A stretch of 64,000 nt of DNA from Obrimoposthia wandeli (Eukaryota), in NCBI GenBank assembly GCA_977020255.1, contig CDROCS010000122.1:62001-126000 (forward strand). Direction: 5' to 3'. Below, in pieces: positions 11,013 through 20,277 of the stretch (position 1 is the first letter of the stretch; each line of letters starts with the position of its first letter). A program made the translations under genes and the position numbers. The notes under the pieces were generated by a model. The model did not search any database, had not been told where the DNA came from, and was given only the letters and a program-made list of their open reading frames with translations.

Positions 11013-11551
11013 GATAATCCACTGCCTTTTATTATTTAGAGTGAAATTCCGTTTAAAGAATTCCTTTTCTTATATTCCCTCGGCTAACTCTCTGTTTGAA
11101 ATGTAAACAGAAAAAGTAAACCAAGAGCTAGTAACTTGTTGAGCTCATCCTGACAGAGTTTCGTTCTGCGTGTCAAATACCCTAAATGCAAAAACAAAAA
11201 AACATAAAAATCATTTAAAAACAATAATATACATATAAAAAAGACTATATTCCCACCACAAAAAACAACAATCCACGCAAGATTACCCTTATTACTAAAT
11301 TACCAAAAACAGCACAATACACTGCGATAATCATTATTACGCACCTAAAACAGTCATTAAATATTATAAAACACCGGTTTTTATAGTTTTTTTATTCTGC
11401 CAAGGTATGCCCACATTGCCACTCTGCATGGTTCAATTTAATTTCGTGATATCCGTCGCACTTTATTTATAAAATATGCAGAAATTAGTCTCCGCTCACA
11501 TTTAGAGCTTCGTGCTATAATGCCCTTCCTTACCATTATGAAGTTTCAGAG

Positions 11552-13630
11552 ATGTTACACAGTCAGATTAAAAGTGATATCAAACAATGCTATGAGAACC
11601 TGGGAAACCAGCTGGATAACTTTATCCCTCGTCGTGCACAGAACTACCTTGTAGCTGAAATTGCTAAAACCCTGGCGGGTGAATATCATCAGAAACACCG
11701 AATGTTGGTGGGTGAAGCAGGTACAGGTATTGGTAAATCATTAGCCTACTTGATTGGAGGGATCCCCTTTGCACTTTTCAATAATAAAAAGTTATTGATT
11801 TCGACCGCAACGGTGGCATTACAAGAACAATTGATTAACAAAGATTTGCCATTGTTTAATCGTATTTACCCAAAAGAATTCAGCTTCATTCTGGCTAAAG
11901 GGCGTCAACGCTATTGCTGCAACCACAAATTGGAAGCCTGTTGCGCCACCGATAACGATCAACAAGTGGCATTATGGGAAGAAAAACCTAAAAAGTCGGA
12001 TTTAGATCTTTTAAAAAGAATGCTTAAAGCCACTCAAGACGGTAAATGGGATGGTGACCGCGACAGTTGGCCGACAACCATTCCAGATCGTGTCTGGCCA
12101 CAAATAATGGCCGATAAACACAGCTGCCATGCTGGTTTGCCCAAGCACCGTAGTTGTCCATTTGCGAAAGCGAGAGAACACTTAGACAAAGCCGATGTCA
12201 TTATTGCTAACCATGCTTTGCTAATGGCTGATATTGAATTAGGGGGGGGGGTGATTTTGCCCGAACCAGAGCAAACAATTTATGTCATCGATGAAGCGCA
12301 CCACCTGCCGAAGGTCGCAAGAGATTTCTCTTCAGCAGCATCCAGCTTAAAAGGCGCGGCAACTTGGTTAGAAAAGCTAAATCAAACCATTGGTAAACTG
12401 GCAGAACTGGCAGATTATAAAAAAGCCGCTCGCTTCCAAGATGCTATTTTAGAAAATATTCAGCACCTTATTCCAACATTACGGCAAGTAGCCAACAATG
12501 TTGATATCGGTATGTTCAGTAAAGACGGTATCTACCGTTTTGAACACGGTGAATTACCAGCATGGTTAGAACAAGAAGCAAAAGGCTGCAAAGATGCCAG
12601 TAAGAAAGCCTTACAATCATTAGGTAAAATACACGACTTAATTTCTGAACGTTTAAAAGATAACGAAATCCAGCAACGTTTAGGTGAACAAGCCCTTGCT
12701 GAATCAGGTGTTTATCTCCAACGTTTAGAAAATTTAGAAAAAGTATGGGCATTAATGGCACAGCCTAAAAAAGATAAAGGTGCCCCACTCGCACGTTGGA
12801 TAGAAAAGAACCCTGATAACGAAGGGGACTATATTATTCAGGTTTCACCACTTGAAGTCGGTTACCGTTTAGATCAGTTATTATGGAGCCGTGCAGCAGG
12901 TGCCATTTTGGTCTCTGCAACGCTGCGCGCTCTAAACCAATTTACTTACTTTTGTCGTCAAGTGGGTATCTATGAAATGGACAGCACGCGCTTTTTAGCC
13001 CTTGCTTCACCGTTTGATTATCAAAATAACGCTCGCTTAGTTATTCCAGCATTATCCCTTGAGCCTCAGGCGGATAAATTTACCGATCTATTAATCAAAA
13101 TATTACCAGAATATTTAGAAGGTGAAACCGCCAGTCTCGTGCTCTTTTCATCCTATTGGCAGATGAATAAAGTTGCCGATGAATTACGCCCACTCGCCAA
13201 GAAAAATAAATGGCAATTATTGGTACAAGGTGAAGAATCACGCCACATAACTCTAAAAAAACATAAAGATAATTGTAAAAACGGTAAACCTAGCATTTTA
13301 TTTGGCACCGGAAGCTTCTCTGAAGGGCTTGATTTGCCAGGCCATTTATTAAAAAACCTGATAATCACAAAAATCCCTTTCGGTGTACCGACCTCTCCGG
13401 TAGAAGAAGCCCATGCGGAATATATTGAAAGCTGTGGTGGTAATCCGTTTATGCAAATTTCAGTGCCTGAAGCCAGTAAAAAACTGATTCAATCTGTAGG
13501 TAGATTACTGCGTAAAGAAGATGACACAGGTCGAGTCGTACTGCTTGATCGTAGAATCATAAACCGTCGTTACGGCAAAGCCTTGTTGGATTCACTACCG
13601 CCATTTAAACGCGTTATAGAATATAATTAA
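11552..13630 (+). CDS. dinG: ATP-dependent DNA helicase DinG
   Basis: GEAGTGIGKS, DEAH, Fe-S Cys residues, SFSEGLD, QSVGRLLR. Confidence 0.97.
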   Translation: MLHSQIKSDIKQCYENLGNQLDNFIPRRAQNYLVAEIAKTLAGEYHQKHRMLVGEAGTGIGKSLAYLIGGIPFALFNNKKLLISTATVALQEQLINKDLPLFNRIYPKEFSFILAKGRQRYCCNHKLEACCATDNDQQVALWEEKPKKSDLDLLKRMLKATQDGKWDGDRDSWPTTIPDRVWPQIMADKHSCHAGLPKHRSCPFAKAREHLDKADVIIANHALLMADIELGGGVILPEPEQTIYVIDEAHHLPKVARDFSSAASSLKGAATWLEKLNQTIGKLAELADYKKAARFQDAILENIQHLIPTLRQVANNVDIGMFSKDGIYRFEHGELPAWLEQEAKGCKDASKKALQSLGKIHDLISERLKDNEIQQRLGEQALAESGVYLQRLENLEKVWALMAQPKKDKGAPLARWIEKNPDNEGDYIIQVSPLEVGYRLDQLLWSRAAGAILVSATLRALNQFTYFCRQVGIYEMDSTRFLALASPFDYQNNARLVIPALSLEPQADKFTDLLIKILPEYLEGETASLVLFSSYWQMNKVADELRPLAKKNKWQLLVQGEESRHITLKKHKDNCKNGKPSILFGTGSFSEGLDLPGHLLKNLIITKIPFGVPTSPVEEAHAEYIESCGGNPFMQISVPEASKKLIQSVGRLLRKEDDTGRVVLLDRRIINRRYGKALLDSLPPFKRVIEYN

Positions 13631-13690
13631 TGCCATCGATCAACTCAAAGCATTAAGCTGATTAAATACATTGAATAAGACTAATTAAAA

Positions 13691-13813
13691 ATGTTAGACA
13701 TGATTGAGCCGAGTATGATGCCCCTTCTCGGTCTTGTTGTTTTTTCTGCTGGATTTATAGATGCAGTTGCTGGTGTCGTTATTCTTGCTGGTAAACTTGC
13801 ATGGCAAGTTTGA
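13691..13813 (+). pseudogene. Internally deleted TSUP (TauE/SafE, YfcA-like) transporter
   Basis: 40-aa ORF MLDMIEPSMMPLLGLVVFSAGFIDAVAG|VVILAGKLAWQV joins the TSUP N-terminal GFIDAVAG motif to a C-terminal-like segment; sits between dinG and priC. Confidence 0.8.
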
Positions 13814-13834
13814 TTCTAATTAAGGTGTTTGTTT

Positions 13835-14386
13835 ATGTCTGATCTTTCACGTTTAGAAGCTATTGTAGACCAGCTCATTCACGAAGCGATACAGATTGAT
13901 CGCCAACGAAAAGAAGCTAAATATCCTTTATTTGACGAGCAGCTATTTCATTGTCGCAGTAAATTACTGACACCTTGCGTGAAAGAAATTCAGCATGAAA
14001 TATCGGTTTTACGCAAAGAACGTCAGGCAGGAAAATTACTCGCATCGCGTACCCAATACATCTGTGAAAGTATTGTCGCTCAGATTCAGGCGGTTCAACG
14101 AGAAATAGCAACACAAAATATTCGTAAAAACGAACCGAGAAAAAAAGCAGGTTGGCGTAAACCCATTAATGAATTGCGCCAAGATCTGGCCAAGCACAAA
14201 GAATGGGAAAGCCGATTAACCGCAATGGTTCGCGATAAAGAAATGCAACTGAATCGCTGTGGTACTTACGCAGAACAGCAAGGCATGCAAAAAGAAGTAT
14301 TAGCGCTTGAAGGCAGGTTAACTCGGTGCCGCTCATCATTAACCAATCTCGAAAAGAGTATTAACCACAGCGAGCGAGGCCATTAA
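13835..14386 (+). CDS. priC: Primosomal replication protein N'' (PriC)
   Basis: FDEQLF.C.S..L.PC..E, L.QDL..H..WE.RL, RL.RCR motifs. Confidence 0.9.
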   Translation: MSDLSRLEAIVDQLIHEAIQIDRQRKEAKYPLFDEQLFHCRSKLLTPCVKEIQHEISVLRKERQAGKLLASRTQYICESIVAQIQAVQREIATQNIRKNEPRKKAGWRKPINELRQDLAKHKEWESRLTAMVRDKEMQLNRCGTYAEQQGMQKEVLALEGRLTRCRSSLTNLEKSINHSERGH

Positions 14387-14461
14387 TGGATGTTGCCTCT
14401 TGGGTATAAATAGCACCATTGCTGTATTATCAATTATCAACATTCAACGCAGAGCTCTATT

Positions 14462-14623
14462 ATGTCAAAAGATGCCAACCCCTCACCTCTTTCTAATGCA
14501 CCAGAAGACGTTCAACTTGCAGTGGATCTGATTTACTTACTAGAAAGTAATGATATTAAGCCAGAAATAGCACTTGCCGCTCTTGAGATCGTCAAAAAAG
14601 ATCTAGAATCAAAAATACAATAA
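14462..14623 (+). CDS. ybaM: YbaM/RsmS (DUF2496) small protein, 53 aa; not in the ORF track
   Basis: Manual translation [53 protein letters not shown]; follows priC. Confidence 0.92.
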   Translation: MSKDANPSPLSNAPEDVQLAVDLIYLLESNDIKPEIALAALEIVKKDLESKIQ

Positions 14624-14870
14624 TTGTCGATTTATTCCCTAGTTCTCAATAATACCCTGAAACACTGGAGTCATAATATTGACTATTTCTGACAGAAGAA
14701 TAGTCAATTTTTTATTAAAATCTCATTTTTAGTATTATATCTATAATTTCATTCCCGACTGAATTTAAAAACCTTATAATAAAAGATTATGTCACCATAC
14801 TATAAAATAAAAATAATTTATTGGTGGCCGTTTTTTATTTCTCATATACTTCGTCACATAAGGCTTATTT

Positions 14871-16229
14871 ATGAAAAAGGAATTTCGTATTGCTGCACTT
14901 GCTGCGGCAATTACGTTATCAGGTTGTGCATCAGATTCAGATGCAACAGCAAACGTGGACCCACAAACCAATCAGGCACAACTGCAAGATCAGATTAGTA
15001 CTTTTAAAACAGAGATTAACGACGCAGAAAACGCATTAAAGGCAGCGGAAGCTAAAGATTTGACATGGTTTGCTACGCGTCAAATTACCGACGCTAAAGC
15101 CGCATTAAAAGAAGCCAAGGAATATTTTTCAGAGTATGAATCTGATTCATCAAATCTGAATGATAGCATTGGACTTTTTACGTCTCAAACATACCGTCAA
15201 GCAACAACAGAATCATTAGATACGTTTACAGATAATTTAAATAAAGCAAAATCAATATATGCTGAAACCGCGACTGTATTAGAAGACGCATTGAACTACC
15301 GAAAACAACTTGAAAAAATTGATGCTAAAAAACATTATCCTAAAACAGCACAGCAGCTAGAACGTCAACTTAAGACATTGGTTGATTACATGGCTAGCGA
15401 TAATAAAGATCGAGCGATTAAATCCCAACCGGAATTGGTTCGAAAACAGCATAACCTAGAAGTAAGAACAATCACAAAAATCTATTTATCTGATAACCAA
15501 AAAGAACTTCAACGCCAGAAGACGGCAGGTGTCGCACAACACGCGCCAAAAACATTACGACATGCTGAAGCAAAACTAAAAGCGTCTGAAACATTTATTG
15601 CAACAGAGCCTCGCGCTATTTCTTCTATTGCACATAAAGCAGAAGAAACCCGTTTTGAGCTTGCTCACTCACAGCTTATCGCAACCGCTGTACAAAACCT
15701 AAAAGCCATGCCAGATAAAGATTATGAACGCCATATTCTAAGTTATGAGCATATCTTAACTGATATTGGTGCCGCTCTAGATTCTGGTGATGTACGTGAT
15801 CAACCTGTTCTTCAGCAAGGAAAACACGTTGTTGCCTACATTAAAGCTAACCAAGAAAGTCAAAAAGACCTTATTGCGGCGTTAGAGTCACAATTAGCAG
15901 AAGCCGTTATGGCTCAAAAAACGACACAGCTAGCCTCAACTAACGCAGAAGCGGAAGAAACAGCAGCTGTCATTGAAACAATCGCAGAAACGCCTGCAAC
16001 TGAAACGGTTGACGCTGAAGCAATCGCAGAAATACCTGCAACTGAAACGGTTAACGCTGAAGCAATCGCAGAAATACCTGCAACTGAAACGGTTGATGAT
16101 GAAGCAATCGCAGAAATACCTGCAACTGAAACGGTTGACGCTGAAGCAATCGCAGAAATACCTGCAACTGAAACGGTTGATGATGAAGTAGTTACAGAAT
16201 CACCTACTGCTGAAGATGTAACCGTGTAA
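14871..16229 (+). CDS. Helical lipoprotein with acidic tandem-repeat tail
   Basis: Lipobox LSGC, long amphipathic helices, C-terminal 14-aa repeats. Confidence 0.8.
   Translation: MKKEFRIAALAAAITLSGCASDSDATANVDPQTNQAQLQDQISTFKTEINDAENALKAAEAKDLTWFATRQITDAKAALKEAKEYFSEYESDSSNLNDSIGLFTSQTYRQATTESLDTFTDNLNKAKSIYAETATVLEDALNYRKQLEKIDAKKHYPKTAQQLERQLKTLVDYMASDNKDRAIKSQPELVRKQHNLEVRTITKIYLSDNQKELQRQKTAGVAQHAPKTLRHAEAKLKASETFIATEPRAISSIAHKAEETRFELAHSQLIATAVQNLKAMPDKDYERHILSYEHILTDIGAALDSGDVRDQPVLQQGKHVVAYIKANQESQKDLIAALESQLAEAVMAQKTTQLASTNAEAEETAAVIETIAETPATETVDAEAIAEIPATETVNAEAIAEIPATETVDDEAIAEIPATETVDAEAIAEIPATETVDDEVVTESPTAEDVTV
15981..16190 (+). repeat. Five copies of a 42-bp coding tandem repeat
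   Basis: Unit ATCGCAGAAATACCTGCAACTGAAACGGTTGA(C/T)G(C/A)TGAAGCA encodes IAEIPATETV(D/N)(A/D)EA. Confidence 0.97.
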
Positions 16230-16315
16230 CTTGAATTAGAACATTCAATTTATGGCCAATAAAGGAGAGGGATTACCTCTCCTTTTACTTAATCAACATT
16301 CTGTACCAAGAGCCC

Positions 16316-16732
16316 TTAAAACTCTTGATTCATCTTTGTTAGGTATATCAATAAGTTTTTTCGCTCTGTATCGTCTAACTTAGCGGTAATATCTTGAGTT
16401 AACGATAAATGTAAATGATCGTGCTCTTGATACATCTCTACCCCTTTCTCGGTTAAATCAACGAGAATAGAGCGGCGATCTGACTCATGCGGACGGCGCT
16501 GTATTAATTCAGCCTGCACCATTTTATCGACTTGAACAGTTAACGTACCGGTTGTCACACCAATTTTATCTGCCAGCTCTTTCATTCGCATTGCGCCATG
16601 AGCGCCCAAAATCTCAACAATATGTACCTGTGGCAAAGAAAAGCCTTTCCCGCGCACAACAGATTGCTCCCAAGATGACAGCTTTTCGTAAAACTCAATG
16701 ATCGTGTGATTTAACTGTTCAATATCTTTCAT
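16316..16732 (-). CDS. MarR-family regulator
   Basis: MKELADKIGVTTGTLT..VDKMV...I.R.PH..DRRS..V.LT..G. Confidence 0.92.
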   Translation of the reverse strand: MKDIEQLNHTIIEFYEKLSSWEQSVVRGKGFSLPQVHIVEILGAHGAMRMKELADKIGVTTGTLTVQVDKMVQAELIQRRPHESDRRSILVDLTEKGVEMYQEHDHLHLSLTQDITAKLDDTERKNLLIYLTKMNQEF

Positions 16733-16751
16733 TCAATATCCGCAGCCGAAG

Positions 16752-17708
16752 CTAAGTACTTCGACACTCATTAACTTCAATGGTCAGGTGGCTAATCTTA
16801 GCGAAATTTGCCAGTAATTGCTTGTATTCCTCAGCCAATTTAGGCTTTGCACTCACGACTGAAATCATTGCTGCATAATGATCGGCACTGACTTTCCAAA
16901 TATGAATATCACTGACTCGGTCATCATTATCAGCCTCTAATTGACTGATGATTTTCTGGCGATAACCCTCATCGATACTTTGATCTAACAATATAGGCCC
17001 TGTCTGTTTCATTAGACCATAAGCCCAACGGGTAATAATAACCGCACCAACGATACCCATAATTGCATCAAGCCAATTCCAGCCGAAATACTTACCAAAA
17101 ATAAGCGCGACAATAGCCAATAATGATGTAAGAGCATCTGCCATTACGTGAAAATAAGCCGCTTTTAAATTGTGATCATGATGATGCTCGCCTTGGTGAT
17201 CGGTAGCATGCCCGTGATCGTGATGTGAATGATCATGCTGATGATCATCTTTCAGTAAATACACGCTCACAACATTAATAATTAAGCCTAATACCGCAAC
17301 TGCAATAGCTTCATTAAATTGAATCGCCTCTGGTGACCATAAACGCTGTAATGATTCAACCAGCATAACTAATGCCACCAGCCCCAAGGCTATCGCACTG
17401 GTAAAGCCACCGAGTACACTTACCTTACCAGTACCAAAAGAAAAGCCATCACTATTCGCATGTTTACGGGCGTAACGATAAGCAAAGATCGTGATCATAA
17501 ATGCGGCGGCATGTGTGCCCATATGCCAACCATCAGCAAGCAACGCCATAGAACCAAATACCGTCCCCGCAACAATCTCTGCCACCATCATCACTAGTGT
17601 TAGGCATAACACATAATAAGTTCGCCTCTCACCGCTATGATTTTGCGAGACAAAATCATGTTTATGTTTCCATGCTGCTAATGATTGTGTGTTCACCGAC
17701 TTCTCCAT
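16752..17708 (-). CDS. CDF Co/Ni/Zn efflux transporter, DmeF-like
   Basis: SMALLADGWHM, His-rich loop, AAYFHVMADA, DIHIW. Confidence 0.92.
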   Translation of the reverse strand: MEKSVNTQSLAAWKHKHDFVSQNHSGERRTYYVLCLTLVMMVAEIVAGTVFGSMALLADGWHMGTHAAAFMITIFAYRYARKHANSDGFSFGTGKVSVLGGFTSAIALGLVALVMLVESLQRLWSPEAIQFNEAIAVAVLGLIINVVSVYLLKDDHQHDHSHHDHGHATDHQGEHHHDHNLKAAYFHVMADALTSLLAIVALIFGKYFGWNWLDAIMGIVGAVIITRWAYGLMKQTGPILLDQSIDEGYRQKIISQLEADNDDRVSDIHIWKVSADHYAAMISVVSAKPKLAEEYKQLLANFAKISHLTIEVNECRST

Positions 17709-17779
17709 ATCCACTTCGTTTAAACGTTCTATCTTAAAATCATACAATGTGACAAGAAAATGATTTGATAGATATATAG

Positions 17780-17824
17780 TTTGACTATCAAAGTATATTG
17801 ACATTATATAGTTTGATTATCAAA
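17780..17824. promoter_or_regulatory. Tandem palindromic operator sites, probably for the MarR protein
   Basis: TTTGA-CTA-TCAAA (17780-17792) and TTTGA-TTA-TCAAA (17812-17824), each within an ATATAG...ATAT context, 32 bp apart. Confidence 0.7.
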
Positions 17825-17848
17825 CCATATTTTCAAACAAAACCCATT

Positions 17849-17879
17849 ACGATATGCCTTCCCCCTGATGGAACCTCAA
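17849..17879 (-). promoter_or_regulatory. Candidate MerR/CueR-type promoter toward CDF-marR
   Basis: TTGAGG-19 nt-TATCGT with dyad AGGTTCC-N7-GGAAGGC. Confidence 0.5.
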
Positions 17880-18005
17880 GCACCAGACATCGCTTTTATC
17901 GCTCACGTAATAAAAATAAAAATCTATCGATGACAAATACAATCATTAGGCGTACCTATCTCTAAGCCAATAACAATTAATATCACCAAAATTAAGGAAA
18001 TGAGA

Positions 18006-18119
18006 ATGGGGTGCTGCAATCAACCACCGAATGGCGGTTCAAATAATATAGGGTTACTCTTGAAAGTTGTTGCTGTGCTGTTTGTTGTCATTATGCTGTT
18101 AGCATTTTTGTTCAATTAA
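18006..18119 (+). CDS. 37-aa Cys-Cys single-TM small protein; not in the ORF track
   Basis: MGCCNQPPNGGSNNIGLLLKVVAVLFVVIMLLAFLFN; AAGGA RBS 7 nt upstream. Confidence 0.7.
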   Translation: MGCCNQPPNGGSNNIGLLLKVVAVLFVVIMLLAFLFN

Positions 18120-18170
18120 TTCGCAAAAATGAGCCACAAATAAATACTACGCTTACTATACTTCAATTAC

Positions 18171-18201
18171 TTGACCTTACCCTTAGGGAAAGGTTTAAGC
18201 T
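18171..18201 (+). promoter_or_regulatory. CueR-type copper-responsive promoter for the cus cluster
   Basis: TTGACC-19 nt-TAAGCT with dyad ACCTTACCCT-T-AGGGAAAGGT, close to the E. coli copA promoter. Confidence 0.88.
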
Positions 18202-18268
18202 TCGATTATCTCATTATGCCGCTATGCTGGTGGCTTCGTTAATCATGACTTAGGTAACAACACTAAAC

Positions 18269-18724
18269 ATGAATGTTAAATACTGTTCAGACAATTTTTT
18301 TGCTGTCGTACTGGTTGTAATCATTAGTTTGATTGCAAAGCCAGTAATGGGCATGTCTGTCAGTATGGAACCTATAACCAATACCCTTTCATCAACATCG
18401 ATGAACACGTCACAAGCAAAAAATCCAGCCTCGAAAACGGCGATGAACATGCCTGTAGACTGTCACGGTATGATGGGAGAAAACCAAACAACGACTAGCA
18501 CAGCAACAGTACAAACATCGATGAATATGATGAATTGTGCTTCTCACTCAGGGCAAATGAGCGGTTCTTGCTGTGACATGACGCAATGTAATGTGGTGTC
18601 TGGTTGGATTCCGACTAATCTCGCTTTCACTACGCACTTTCTTCGTAACAACCCTATTCCATCAACGCTAAACCTCAATCCGATAGCGCGAACAGAAACC
18701 TTGTTCCGCCCACCGATAGCATAG
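18269..18724 (+). CDS. Met/Cys-rich exported protein ending in RPPIA (DUF2946/CutF/CruR-like)
   Basis: N-terminal hydrophobic segment; DCHG, NCASH and SCCDMTQC; terminal FRPPIA; first gene after the CueR promoter. Confidence 0.7.
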   Translation: MNVKYCSDNFFAVVLVVIISLIAKPVMGMSVSMEPITNTLSSTSMNTSQAKNPASKTAMNMPVDCHGMMGENQTTTSTATVQTSMNMMNCASHSGQMSGSCCDMTQCNVVSGWIPTNLAFTTHFLRNNPIPSTLNLNPIARTETLFRPPIA

Positions 18725-18916
18725 CTCCCACTGTAAACACACTGCTGGCTATAAAACTGCATCTAGAATATTTAACACCTTTCTCTATGTCGCTACGCAG
18801 CAATTAAACCATTTAAATAGTGCAAATTATTTAAATGAGCAGTAATACCATTCGATATAAGTTGATGATTAGAAACTTATTTAGATGATTATCAAACCTA
18901 CAAAGTGGATGTATTT

Positions 18917-20269
18917 ATGCAACCAAGCATACTTTCCCGCGTATTAGCACTAACACTTATGACTGCCACTGTGCAGCCGGTGTTTGCGACTACGGATATA
19001 ACAAATTCAGGGTCGACTAATACCCAAATAAACACATCAATAAATGCGAATACTGAACTCAAACAATTGATCCGTTGGGCTATCGAACACGATGCTGGCA
19101 TTCAGCAAATACATTATCAAGCAGATGCTCTCCAAGATATGGGCGTAGCAACCTCTCAATGGATGGATCCAAAACTCAAAGTGGGTGTTGGTGGTTTACC
19201 AGTCGATAGCTTTGCCTTTGATGAAGATCCCATGACCAATATTTCTGTTGGATTAATGCAGCAGTTTGGCCGCGGTAATACGCTTGGTTTAAAACAGAAG
19301 CAGAGTGATCAACAAGCGAATAGCATTCGCGAGAAAGCCGGTATACGTGATCTCGAATTAGAAAACGCGATTACCACACAATGGAACGAGTTGGTTTTCC
19401 AGCAAAATGTCTATGACTTATTACAGCAAAATCAGGTGCTATTTAGAGAGCTTGAACATTACCTCAGTACTAATTACGGCGTTGGTTCAAATCAAACTCA
19501 AGATATTATTCAAGCCCAACTTCAAATCAGCCTTATTGATGACAAGCTGCAAGCTAATCAACAAATGCAGCAAAAAATCAAAGCTCAGCTATCAGAGTGG
19601 GTTGGCGACAATGCTTTTACCATACAAGCCAATAACTACCCTGATTGGTTTGCACTTAATGGTTATTTCTCGACAAATACAGGGGCCTCTTCATCAACAA
19701 CGCCGGAAGATAATTACCCAGCATTAGTTAACCACCCGTCTATTCGTATGAGCGATTTATTGATTAAAAGCAGTGAAACAGGCATCGATATTGCCAATGA
19801 AGCGTATCTACCTGAGTTTGGTGTTGAAGTCATGTATGGCTATCGACAAGCCAACGGCATGGGTGGGCAACCAGCCTCTGATTTAATGAGCGTCTACCTC
19901 ACCATGGATATCCCGCTATTTACCGAAAAACGCCAAGATAAAAAGTTATCTTCTGCGCAGCATCAACTTGGCGCGGCAAAAGCGCAACGCGATCTTCTTC
20001 TGCGACAAATGAACGCCAAAATAAATGCACTCACCGTTGATCGCTACAACCTAGAACAGCGCATCGAACGCTACCAAGATTCATTGTTAAAACGGGCTAA
20101 AGAAAAAACGCACGCCATTGAACGCGGCTATCAAAACAATACCAGCCAGTTAGATGAATATATTCGTGCCGCTAGTGATGAACTCACATTGGCTATCGAA
20201 CAAGAGCGTCTTCAAGCTGATTTACAAAAAACAAATAGTGGCTTGGCTTACCTGTTAAATAAATTTTAG
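18917..20269 (+). CDS. cusC: CusC/TolC-family outer-membrane factor
   Basis: Signal peptide, OMF heptad repeats, YLPEFGVEVMY; upstream of the MFP and RND genes. Confidence 0.85.
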   Translation: MQPSILSRVLALTLMTATVQPVFATTDITNSGSTNTQINTSINANTELKQLIRWAIEHDAGIQQIHYQADALQDMGVATSQWMDPKLKVGVGGLPVDSFAFDEDPMTNISVGLMQQFGRGNTLGLKQKQSDQQANSIREKAGIRDLELENAITTQWNELVFQQNVYDLLQQNQVLFRELEHYLSTNYGVGSNQTQDIIQAQLQISLIDDKLQANQQMQQKIKAQLSEWVGDNAFTIQANNYPDWFALNGYFSTNTGASSSTTPEDNYPALVNHPSIRMSDLLIKSSETGIDIANEAYLPEFGVEVMYGYRQANGMGGQPASDLMSVYLTMDIPLFTEKRQDKKLSSAQHQLGAAKAQRDLLLRQMNAKINALTVDRYNLEQRIERYQDSLLKRAKEKTHAIERGYQNNTSQLDEYIRAASDELTLAIEQERLQADLQKTNSGLAYLLNKF

Positions 20270-20277
20270 GAATAACA

